The position numbers were made by a program, and so were the translations under genes. A stretch of DNA of 62,066 nucleotides, the filler included, from Choristocarpus tenellus KU-1152 (taxonomy: Eukaryota > Protista > Phaeophyceae), in the NCBI GenBank assembly GCA_964200185.2. It is 8 parts of 8 records of this genome, joined end to end, with 100 filler letters (N's around TTAATTAATTAA, not from the genome) between each part and the next. Parts side by side here need not be neighbours in the genome. Positions count along the whole stretch, not along the records: positions 50,498 to 62,066 come from CAXNAD020002243.1; 7 more parts are not named here. One strand, 5' to 3'. How positions within the stretch are numbered: position 1 is the first letter of the stretch; every line of letters starts with the position of its first letter. The notes beneath the pieces were generated by a model, which searched no databases, was not told where the DNA came from, and was given only the letters and a program-made list of their open reading frames with translations. Below, one piece after another: positions 51,020 to 62,020 of this stretch.

Positions 51020-53519
51020 GTAAGTGCATCAGCTGAGAACGTCTAAATATCGGAGTTATTCTGGACTGTGCTTTTCTAACTGTCTCTTCCATGATAAAGA
51101 GAACCCGACACATTTTCTCCCCACTATCATCTTCCCAATTTGTGAGGAAAAAGGGAGAATACGTTCTGGTGGTCGGGTCTTTGTCTGGACCAGATCACAC
51201 CTACCATACAACTCCTCTCATGGGATAGCTGTTATAACCGTGGTTAAACGTAATCCTCTCGTTGTTGATTATAGGGTGGTCGGACGTGTTTGACAGAACG
51301 GACAAATTGTATGTGTCTTGAGTGGACATGGCAAATGTAAGACAAAATGTAATACATCGTAGAGTTTCTAGTCTATATCGACACATCCATGGTGGTGAGG
51401 TACTGATACTTCATCCATCCTTGATCCGTTTACCCCTTATTACTCTTCCCGATAGCGTCTCAGTTTCTATTTTGTGAATGGTCCCGAGCGTTTCTTCGTT
51501 GGTAGAGTTGTAGGTGGTAGGTCCTAGGTCTTTTGAGATGAGACAGGTTAATAACATGGGTGTACAAAAAAATCGGGTTATATTTGTGGGGAAGCTCTGT
51601 TGTTAACCAGGAAATGACAACATCTGCCATCAGATTATATTATTCAAAGTAGTTATACTTCGTGATGAAGTGTAGTATTTGCTAGTACGGTATGATTTCC
51701 TAAATAGATTGTAAATGTTATGTTACGAGTATACCTCACTATCCAAGATCGAAACATTAACTGTGATCAGGGTTATTGAAGACATCGACTTCTAGGTACT
51801 AGTGCCCTCGACTTCCATCGTTCTTTTTTGGTACTTTGTTTTGGGCACTCTGTGAGGTTGTTGAAGCATGGTCCAACAACTTCTCTGTGGTTCATAACAA
51901 AAATTTGGTGACACACGAACATCTCAGGTATTGATAGGTTCTAAAACCTGCTCTTGCACCGCCTCGCTAACATGACACGGTCCTCGCACAAAGATATCTT
52001 AATGGCATGTAGTTCTTCGACATTGGGTGCGCCCTTCAGGTATTGCACTCTACCTTAGATTGTCAAATCAATCTGTTTATCGAAAGAATAGTGTGCCCTT
52101 AAAGTACACAAGAACAACCTTGTGTTTGGCCATGAGGCATCCGTATGACACTACAAGTGTGTATAAAAGTACCATGCTTGTCAGGAGTATCAGCAACCTA
52201 GAAAGAATTCATGTTAATCAGAACAATCTTTCCAGTGTGTGCGTTTGTGACTTGGATAGTATTTTGGTTCTCTCATTAATGTGAACACTCAATGCATGTT
52301 GTGGGTCCATTGAATTCCACTCCAAAGGTGATATCTGTAGATTGTAGTGGAAGGAGTATTGTTTGAGGAGAGATTTTTTTCATCTCAGTCTAGCAGGTTT
52401 GGTAATTGGTTTTCATGTACTGCCTTTTGGAGGACCAGCCGAACTAACATATGGTCTGACAATATTCCCAGCTATATCTGTATGCAAGGTGGATATGTGT
52501 AACTATTATCAGACACCCCCCTCATCCTCTGGTACCCTGTCTTGTAATTCCACGCTTATCGATACAAATATTTATGTGCATGAAAAGCGTCTGGTGTTGG
52601 AAGGGATTGAAAGTGACAAGAAATTTGTAGGTATTGATAACATGGTTCTATTTGCCACCAAAATTGCATCATTTGGTGTCCTTAAAGATCTCTTACAGCG
52701 GAGCAGAGTGCGGCAACCAAAGTTTTTATGATACAGGTATATTTTCAATTTTTTCTGGTGTTATTGAGCCCAATAGTAATGAGTGTGCATAGGTAGGTAG
52801 TTAGGTAGATAAGTTTTTTGGTAGGTAGGTATGGAAAAATTGTCTCCGTTTTGAAGCATGAGATTAGAACAGATGGGATAATGAAAGGAGATAACTTTAG
52901 AAAAGAGCCTAGTATTTGTGGTTCAAGGCGATATTTTTTATTTGTTGTCTTTGTATTCTGATAGAAATTTTGTGGGTGAAGAATGTGGTGTTGGTTTCTA
53001 TTATCCTCTACTCTGTGTGTAGCATGAGCTAGGTGTATCTTTCAGATGCACAATTTGTGAAGGACCTTGAAACAAAATGGCAATAATGGTAGGTAGGTTG
53101 AATTTTGCCTTATCTTTAGGTTGATGTACATCTTTTAACCCTATCCCTTCGCCCGTACCATAACTGTAATCTCTTAATAAATTTATCGTTTGTAAAAAAA
53201 TATCAATAAAATAATTTAAAACACCATCGACAAACTGCCAGCTGTACCCTGAAGTTGTGTATTGTTTGACCCACCCCTGGTATATTTTCTAAATCAATGA
53301 AGTCAGATAACAAAGAACAATCACTCATGTTGAGGCAACCAAGACATAACCTTACCTCTTTTTTTGTTTCAATGAAAAATCATTTATTGAAGAGAGGTAA
53401 ACCCTCCATCCTGACTATAACCCTAATGATCGTATGTTTGTTGTACCAGTACTAGCGACGTGAAAAAGCAAACCACACGAAGCCAGCTCTACGCATCTTC
53501 ATGCACTACTATCTGCCTA

Positions 53520-54364
53520 TCCTCCTGCATCTTGTGGACTCCCTTAATGTGTTGTTAATGCCTAAGTAGTTCAACACAGCCTTGTTCTGTGCGAAGAGAC
53601 TCTGCCAGACCTTGTTATTGATCTCAGTATCATACTCTTAGTATCTCTTCACCACTTTTTGGACAAGTTCCTCAATGTTGTCCGAGCGAAGGCACCCTGC
53701 CCTGGTCTGCAGAGAGCTAAGAATTCGAGGTCCAGAGTGTTCAAATTCGGTGACTGGGCAGGTTGCTTGAGTGCACACATTGAGAAGCCTTTAGCAGTGG
53801 CCTAATCACCCACTGCTTTCTTCGCAAATGCTGTATGTGGCCTTGCATTGTCGCCCTGAAGGAAAACATTATCCTGCTTTAACAGGCATGGGTGAGACAC
53901 TAAAGCTGGGAAGACCTTCTCAGTGAGCATTTTCTCATAAAGTTCACCAGTCATGTCGAAACTCTTTATCTCAATGGTACCTCGGGAATGACTACAGGAT
54001 GATCATCTTGCTGCAACTCGCTCTGTCATTGGCCAAATGCCGATCTTCCCGTCTCAACAAGTTCCATCCTCCAAAACACGGGGCTGTGCATTCGCAGCCA
54101 GAAACATCAACTTTGGAATGTGTGACTTAATTGTGATGGGAGGATACTTAGGTGGTGCCTCGCCAGGCTTGATGTAAACTCTTTGCCGTTCGGAAACCGG
54201 ATCAAACCGTTTTTCATCCAGTTGGATATGGTCAAATATGGGCTCAAACACGTGCCCCGTACCCTTTTTCAGGATGCTGCCATGACAACGGCCACCCTAT
54301 CCACCTTGTGTTGGTCGGAGAGGAAGGGCTTGGTGACTATTTGATATGGTTTGATCCCCCCGTT
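53520..54364 (-). pseudogene. Tc1/mariner DD39D-type transposase remnant
   Basis: KPFLSDQHKVDR, IQLDEKRF, KSHIPKLMFLAANAQPR, DGKIGIWP, LQGDNARPH...QPAQSPNLNTLD. Hand count gives 39 codons between the 2nd and 3rd Asp. Internal stops present. Confidence 0.9.
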
Positions 54365-54516
54365 TGTTAAAGTATCCCCCAAGTCATTAAAAATAAGAAA
54401 GGTGATAAACCCAGGGAGATTGCTTTATGTCTGTAGAGTGATTGGTTAACGTTAAGTGGGGCATGCAGCACCTCATAAAACCAGAAATGTTTCCTTTTTA
54501 TATGAGAAATGTTCTA

Positions 54517-55520
54517 TAGTGGTACCAATAGCTTATGCGTCTGGGGTTGTCCTGTCATAACTTTTGGTGTAGACATAGGATTTAAAAAATAAAAGCATAT
54601 TCGTGATGCCCGTCACAATGTCCTCCAGAGTATGGGGTTCGAACCCGGGATTGTAGGTCACCAAGAGTGGCAACAGATACACTATTACTTGATTAAAGTA
54701 TAGGGTTTAGGCGAGAAAAAAGCTTCCCCACCCTTTCTTTCTGTGTGTTCACACACCTACTCTTTGACCTTAGCAAGGATGTTCTCGTCGAGGCCCAGAA
54801 CGAAAAGTCTCTCGTCTCGTCCTTGCTCCCAAGACCTTGATGTGACCCTTAGTTAGGAAGTCTCTCCCATTTACTCAAAGCTTCCGATCTGACCATCGCA
54901 TATCCTGCTGTCATCTCGAGTGCCGTTTGAAGGTCTTTCCTGTCGTTCATACACAGGTACAGGATTCGCAGTGTTAGAGCCTTTACTATCACATTTCTTC
55001 GTTGAGCGCCGGAAATGGGTTACCTTCTTTCGGACTTCAGAGCCCTTGTAGCCCAACCCTAACACCTTTCTCGTTTCCTAAGCCACTCTGGCTCACGTAG
55101 CTTCCAAACAGCTAGGGCATACTGGGACTGTCGACTACTAAGATATTCTACACAAAGTTTTTCGCTTAGGCGTTTCCTGGGCGCAATGGCTCGTAGTCAC
55201 ACTGCTCTCCTCCCCAACCTTTCCTTTGGCCAGTCACTCTGGTTCTCCCTTTGCCCACCGTGTCCAGGATTCCCCATAGACTTCGTCACTGTACCACACC
55301 AGGTGATAAACTTGCTGCTTTCTTCCTGCTTTCCTGAGGCGGCAGAGACAGCAGAGCAGTGCTTTGACGTGGTTGAAGATCCAACCACGTTTGTGTGGTA
55401 ATGATTTCCATGCATCTTCTCTCAGCATCGTGTTGCAGCCACGCGGCCCATTGCGTTATTTGATCATGCTGCTGCCCCACGGTACACACACTTTCTTGTC
55501 GCCTAACATCGCACCGAATG
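54517..55520 (-). repeat. Second copy of the 48359-49580 repeat, probably extending further
   Basis: See 48359-49580. Confidence 0.7.
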
Positions 55521-55527
55521 TCACATG

Positions 55528-55890
55528 TGTTAAAGAAAATGGTGTCCCCAAGACTTGTGTATGTAAATGACTCGATTAATTCCTTATTATGCAGAACAGG
55601 TTGTACATGAAGTAAGGAAGGTGTAAGAGAGGAGAGTGAACTTCAAATCTCAAAGGGGGTCATCACCTTACAATTCATATTCGAATAACACGTCACTCAT
55701 TCTCTGTACCACTTACTACAACCTTCATGCGTCACTCACTTAACACGTCACTCATTCTCTGTGTTGTACTATAATAACCCAGATAATATTCTGACGATTA
55801 CTCAACCGAAAGCTTTCCAATCAATTATCCCGTTATTGAATCATAATAGTTCGACAACTCAACGTTTCTCCTACAGAATAATCATTAACA
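55528..55890. mobile_element. Probable solo LTR (363 bp)
   Basis: TGTTAA...TTAACA termini, 4-bp TSD CATG/CATG, internal direct repeat AACACGTCACTCATTCTCTGT x2. Confidence 0.7.
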
Positions 55891-56156
55891 CATGAATAAA
55901 AAGCATATTCCTGAAAACACGGTACTTGCTTTTTGGTCACCTCTTGACAGAGAAGATGCCGAGATTAGATCCAGGGGGCAGAGTGGCCTTGACGGCTCTC
56001 CTTTTCCCACTGTTGTGGTCCATATTGCCATGTGGGTCACCTGTGTGTGTGTTCATAGAATGTCTGAGGAAGGACTTGAAAAGATGTCTGAGAATCTTGC
56101 TTCTTTTTTTTCGATACACCCACACTCACCATACATTGACAGGGTTCTATCCCGGA

Positions 56157-56417
56157 GAGTGAAAGTATCTTAGAGGGTATTATGAGCTAGCCGTGTTTGT
56201 CCCATGAGGGCTTGACTTCCCATGGGTTCATAATGACATCTTACCTACTCTAAAATGTTTCGGAGTAGGTAAAACGTATACATTATGAAAAGGAGTGCCT
56301 GGAACAAGGATATTGACATCTCCTAGCATACATGATAGCCAAAATTACATCAAAATTGCAAAATTGGATTTTGGCCCCCAAATGGAGGTGACTCTACCCT
56401 CTAAGATACTTTGACAC
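56157..56417 (-). mobile_element. MITE family A copy
   Basis: Both TIRs; TSD CGGA/CGGA. Confidence 0.95.
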
Positions 56418-56860
56418 CGGACCAGTTTTTTGCAGAGAATTCTGCCAACCACTTCATTTTTGTATCTTTAGAGGTTGTGACCATCAAAATTGTGCCAAAG
56501 TTATTCCCCCGAGTATTTGCCATTCTTTGATCGGGATATAGTTCCCGTTAGCTGGAGTTAGTACTTTCCGGCATACAACTCTTCAACTCCTCTTGGCATA
56601 AGCGTTTATGTGATATGCATATGTTGCATACCTCTCATGGCAAGACAGTGAAAATAAGCAAGATTACCACAGACCGCGAAGCTATTGATACCACTTCATA
56701 AAACTAATCACTAGCAAAAGGTCCTGATCAAACTTAATAATTAATTATTGTTCTCTTATTCCAAATACATTTTACCAGAGTCTGATCGAACACCTTCCCT
56801 AGCTCAAACAACTCTTGAGAACTGACAAGATATAATTACGGATCCTAGCAGGCTCGTCAG

Positions 56861-57047
56861 GGTCAATCCTGTATGACAAGAACACAACCTGCTATTGACA
56901 AGGTAAAATTTATGGATTATAGGAGGCTCCTCACGGTCAATCCTGTATGACAAGAACACAATCTGCTATTGACAAGGTACAATTTATGGATTCTAGGAGG
57001 CTCCTCACGGTCAATCCTGTATGACAAGAACACAACCAGCTATTGAC
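56861..57047. repeat. 74-bp tandem repeat, ~2.5 copies, in the 3' non-coding region of a copia
   Basis: GGTCAATCCTGTATGACAAGAACACAA at 56861, 56935 and 57009. Confidence 0.95.
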
Positions 57048-57215
57048 GTCACTGAAAAAAGAAATCCAAACAAACACAAAGAAATTCAAATTCAGCAAGA
57101 AACAAACCACTAAACATAGTCTAAATCCAGCAAAGCCCCTGCATGCCTCGAAAATGATTCTTCTGCTAGAGGCTTGGTCAACATATCTGCATGCTGCTCA
57201 TCTGAGTCAACATCA

Positions 57216-57474
57216 GAGTCAAAGCATCTTAGAGGGTAGAGCCGCGTCCATATGGGGACCAAAATCCAATGTTGCACTTTTTATATAATTTTGTCAATCG
57301 TTTTATTAGGAGATATCAATATCCTTGTTCCAGACACACCTTTTTGTATCGTATACATTTTACATACTCCGAAACATTTTGGAGTAGGTAAAATGCCTTT
57401 AAAAACTCGTTGGGAAGCCAACCCCCAAATGGACAAACAAAGAAAAACTCGTACCCTCTAAGATACTTTCACTC
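57216..57474 (+). mobile_element. MITE family A copy in copia RNase H
   Basis: TIRs; TSD ATCA/ATCA. Confidence 0.96.
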
Positions 57475-57614
57475 ATCAACAATCCTTATTTGTCCATAGG
57501 CTACCAAGTCCTTTAGGAAATGATGTCGTACATCTATGTGTAAGTGCAACCAGAAAACTGAGATAATAAGCCAAGGTTTTTGGTGGGGTACTCTTCATTG
57601 AGGGAGGCACAAAG

Positions 57615-57847
57615 GAGTGAATGTATCTTAAAGGGTACGAGTTTTGCCCTGTTTGTCCATTTGGGGTTTGGCTTCCCACCGGTTTTTCATATGAGTAGGT
57701 AAAATGTATACGTTATGAAAAGGAGTGTCCAGAACAAGGATATTGGCATATCCTAACAAATAGGATACCCAAGAAAACATCCAAATTACAACACTGGATT
57801 TAGGTCCCCAAATGGACGCGGCTCTACCCTCTAAGATACTTTGACTC
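57615..57847 (-). mobile_element. MITE family A copy in copia RT, internal hairpin partly deleted
   Basis: TIRs; TSD AAAG/AAAG. Confidence 0.96.
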
Positions 57848-59165
57848 AAAGATCATTGCAATCATCACCGGACGCCAAAACCATCATACCATCTACATGA
57901 ACGGCAAGCATCATCAATACAACACCATCCCTACTGAGTCTACATATACACGGGTCAATCAGACACTGCTCAAAACCATTGCGCTTAAGGATGGAAACTA
58001 GTTTGGCATTCCAAGTCCTAGAGGCTTGCTTTAAACCATACAGAGACCTGTGAAGGCATACGGGTTGTATAGGAGAGATCTCCGCTTCCCTGTTGGGGGC
58101 GCATGTACACTTCCTCATCCAAGTCAGATTGAACAAACTCCTGCGCCGCATCTAGGTGCCACAATCTCAAGTCCAACTCACATACTATATCGGCCATCAG
58201 CCTAACTGATGAAGGTGAAGGAGTGGGGGCAGAGGTCTCGAAATAATCAAGACCATATTCCTGACCAAAACCCTGAACAACTAGCCTAGCCTTAGCCCCA
58301 TTAAACATCCGTAAAGGATCACTCTTTCACTTGAACACCTACTTGGAACCAATGGTCTTGTGACCTAGAGGTACATCTTCCACCCTGAAGGTACCCATGT
58401 CCAACAAACCATGAACTCCTTAGACATGGCCTCTTCCCATACCAGTCAGTATTCAGACTTTTGAGCCTCAGCATAAGATTGAGGGACTGGTCCCAACTCA
58501 GGAACAAGACGACCATGCAGGGGGGTACTCATCAGCACAGACTCAGAGGTGGGCTGTACAGCCAAGGCATAAGCAACATGTTTCCTCTCTACACTAGCAA
58601 CAAGAGACATTACCAACACCTGCACTCCCTTAAGCTCTGGCACGAGTTTCCAGTCTAGTCCTACCCAACTCAACACAAGGTTCACGGACTGGATTGGGAA
58701 GAAATTCTTCCAGGTGGCAAGCCGCAGCACAGGCAGCCGTCGGGTCAGCACCTGCCTGAGGCAAGTGCTGTGAACTCATGGATGAGACATATCCTATTCT
58801 CCCTTCACCATTTCGGGTAGTGTCTCTGGACAGACTCGTGTCAACCTGACCTCCCTCCCCATAACCAGTGGAAGGGTCAACAGCCAGATCCTTGACAATC
58901 TGGCCTATGCTCCCTTCACCAAGGGGAGGATCATTGGTCAAACCATCTCCTTTGTTGCCAAAGGATGGCCTCTCACCTAGAACAAACCTGTCCTCATTTC
59001 CATCGCCACAGGAAGAGTCATCGGATAGGGATGAAGTGGAGGAGCAAGATGAACAAATAGATTGTACATCTAATTGTGGGTCACATGCTTCGGGATGGGA
59101 AAACTTGTCCTCAGGACGAGGGTCTGCATCAAGATCCCCTCCCCCTTTGGCAAAGCAGGGGCAAC

Positions 59166-59484
59166 TGTTGAACTATCCCACTCTGGACCCGCGGCGTTTA
59201 TGGTGCTTTGATGAAGGACAAAGAACAGCTTGATGTAGATGAACACAGATGATATTACAAGGATCTTTATGGTCTCGATTCCGCTGACTGAATATGTGGG
59301 TGAGACGAGCCTAAACAACCATTACTATTCTGCAGTGTGGGGTTTGTAATCGTCCACACTAATTTACTATGAATAACTTATTTACTTGTCTTAAGTATAG
59401 GAATTGTATNNNNNNNNNNCTCTCCATCCTATTATCTAATCCACCGGTGGTGTCTACGTGTATCAGCAGCACTATCTACGAACA
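59166..59484. mobile_element. Solo LTR nested in copia (contains a 10-N gap)
   Basis: TGTTGAAC...GAACA; 5-bp TSD GCAAC/GCAAC; homolog at 17075. Confidence 0.85.
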
Positions 59485-60363
59485 GCAACCTCTCCTACTG
59501 GGACAAGATTAGGGTCCTTAGTGGACAGCCAGAGGTCAGGTTACATGTAATAACTATGGCACTGGTCGAAGCAAGAACACAGTATGCATCACGGGGGTGG
59601 TTCATCCCTGGCCCCAGGTAAAAACACCGTTGAGCCTTTTGGAAAGCCTTACGGGTCTTACTGAGATAGCCAAAACCAGGTTGAAGAAATTGGTAGGCTA
59701 ACAGGGGTGCAGGGGTGTCATACTACATTTCATACGGTGATTTACAACCTGGGTTAGCTGTAGTTGATGCGCGATTGAGCAATTCATAGACATAGTATTG
59801 AGCTTCAGCCCATATAGAGTCCGTCTTGGAGACAGTGACATGCAGGAGAAGTAGTGGAGCTTGAAGGCGGGTAGCCAATGAAGCTTCATCAATACTACCC
59901 AACATGCTTTAAGCAACCCCATTAAATTGAGGGCTGTCTACAGGTGTGAACTCCCGTTTAATCCCACATTCACGACAAAGAGCACCGAAAGCACCCTCAT
60001 AAAACTCCCCCCCATTTTCGGACCGCACACACATGACCTGATGGGGAGTACCATCAGCCTGGATATCTGCCAGGTACTTCTTGAAGGCTTCAGTGGCATC
60101 CGGCTTAGCATGAAGGAGATACAACCAAAAAAAACGAGACCAATCGCCCCAGATTATCATGGTGTATTGTTTACACCCAATTGAAAGGGTAGCCCTCTTC
60201 CCACTTAGACTGACAAAAGCCCAACCCAGCTTTCTCACTGCCCTGGTAGACGTGCTAGACGAGATGCCCTTCTGGATGCCCTTGCTCATATAGTATTGAA
60301 ACACTAGTAAACCCCTGAGCTACCGAGCAGATAGTCAGCAGTTCGCACATGGCTCCAGTTCAC

Positions 60364-60621
60364 GAGTCAAAGTATCTTAGAGGGTAGCGCCACATCCATT
60401 TGGAGGTCAAAATCCAATGTTGTGATTTTGATGTAATTTTGGCTATCTTATTTGATAGGAAGTGTCAACATCTATGTTTCGGACACACCTTTTCAAAACG
60501 TACACATTTTACCTACTCCTAAACATTTTGGAGTAGGAAAATGTGATAAAAAAAACATGGGAAGCCAAGCCCCAAATGGACAAACAGGGCAAAACTCGTA
60601 CCCTCTAAGGTACTTTCACTC
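60364..60621 (+). mobile_element. MITE family A copy in the copia pre-integrase region
   Basis: TIRs; TSD TCAC/TCAC; removal restores ...ITLMGE-LEPCANC. Confidence 0.96.
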
Positions 60622-61388
60622 TCACCCATCAATGTAATGCCCATTGAAGTGGTGGTGAACTTGAGTAATGCCTCATGTACGTGGCCATAAGAGCGATGGA
60701 AGAGGTTAATGTCGATGTCAGTGTGGGGAGTGTGAGGTGTAAGCGAGGGGGCTATGGTGGCCTTCAAAGAAACTTCAGCATTTCATTCCGGTTGTGGCAA
60801 TATGAGTTGACCATGGAGAATATAATGACAACCAGGATCTCTTGTGAAGATAAGTTTGCCATCAAGTAACGAAAGCGTTTAGCTGTGCCAGTGCATTTCG
60901 CATCCACATCTGCTGCAGCTTGGCAAGAAAAAGGTTGAATCCCAGATTTGGGACATGTGCGACATTATGCATGCTATCATATTTGTCATGTGACATGTAG
61001 CCGCAATGTCAAAATCCACTCTTCTCTTTCGTGGCCAACCCTAACACTTGACACCAAACATTCATTTACCCCACACTTGCCTTGAGCATTGCTGCTCAGA
61101 GAGTCATTAGTGGAAGCCAGTAGTGCGTACTGCTTGTTGTCATCGCTGCTGGTCGCACTTTCCACAGTATTGTGAGAAGTTTTCGCCTCGGTCTCGTTCT
61201 TTTCTTTCCCAGACTTGGATGTAGTTACTTGCATGTAGATATGAACACTGAAGTACATGTTGTAGCATCATGGGCGCACGTCCACCACACTTGTGCAAAT
61301 GCGGCTTGGGCAAGCTCCCTTCTCGTGCCCATTCTTACCACACTTCTCACCGGGAATCTTCTCGGAACGTTTAGGGTTGGAATTAGAA

Positions 61389-61647
61389 GAGTCAAAGTAT
61401 CTTAGAGGGTAGAGCCGGGTCCATTTAGTGGCCAAAATCCGATGTTGTGATTTTGATGTAATTTTGGCTATCGTGTTTGTTAGGAAGTGTCAATATCCTT
61501 GTTCCAGACACACCTTTTCATAACGTATACATTTTACCTAATCCGAAACATTTCAGAGTACGAAAATGTCATAAAATAACCATGGGAAGCCAAGTCCCAA
61601 ACGGACAAACGGGACAAAACTCGTACCCTCTTAAGATACTTTCACTC
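61389..61647 (+). mobile_element. MITE family A copy in the copia gag region
   Basis: TIRs; TSD AGAA/AGAA. Confidence 0.96.
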
Positions 61648-61806
61648 AGAACCATTTATCTTTCTTCCACCATGAAATTTACATTCGACCCCAGGACCTC
61701 GGCCGTTACGATGAGACCGATTCTTCCTCTGTGGTGAGCTGCTAACAACCAACGCGTGACTTTTCTTCTGTCTTGACTCTTTCCCCTCATAAAGGGAAGC
61801 ATATCA

Positions 61807-62020
61807 GAGTCAAAGTATCTTAGAGGGTTGAGCCGTATCCATTTGGGAGCAAAATCCAATGTTGCAATTTTGATGTAATTTTGGCTATCATGTTTGCTAA
61901 GAGATGTCAATATCCATTTTCCAAACACAGCTTTTCATAACGTATACATTTTACCTACTCTGAAATATTTCGGAGTTGGAAAATGTAAAAAAATAAAACA
62001 TGGGAAGCCAAGTCCCAAAT
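61807..62020 (+). mobile_element. MITE family A copy lacking the right TIR
   Basis: Left TIR intact; similarity stops after GGGAAGCCAAGTCCCAAAT. Confidence 0.9.

Larger units (their letters stand above)
57100..61806 (-). mobile_element. Degenerate Ty1/copia internal region with nested insertions
   Basis: Zn-knuckle-like EKCGKNGHEKGAC, protease region (EEWI...), pre-integrase HRSYGHVHE, integrase (DWSRFFWLYLL...VRSENGGEF...SPQFNGVA), RT (KARLVVQGFGQEYGLDY; SLYGLKQASRTWN; VHVDGM), RNase H (HIDVRHHFLKD; QHADMLTKPL). Internal deletion between RT and RNase H at ~57540. Confidence 0.92.

Noticed and set aside
54367-54380. TTAA|AGTATCCCC as a Kolobok/piggyBac-type end or a third AAAGTATC MITE family
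   Set aside because: Both copies (11207, 54365) share the upstream TG as well, and no matching inverted end was found; better explained as an LTR start
2983-62020. Recurring GTACCCTCTAAGATACTTTCACTC as a CRISPR-like repeat, and recurring peptides such as GSQAPNGQTGQNSYPLRYFHS
   Set aside because: Copies are dispersed, occur as inverted pairs around a conserved interior and have TSDs, so they are MITE termini. The peptides are incidental translations.
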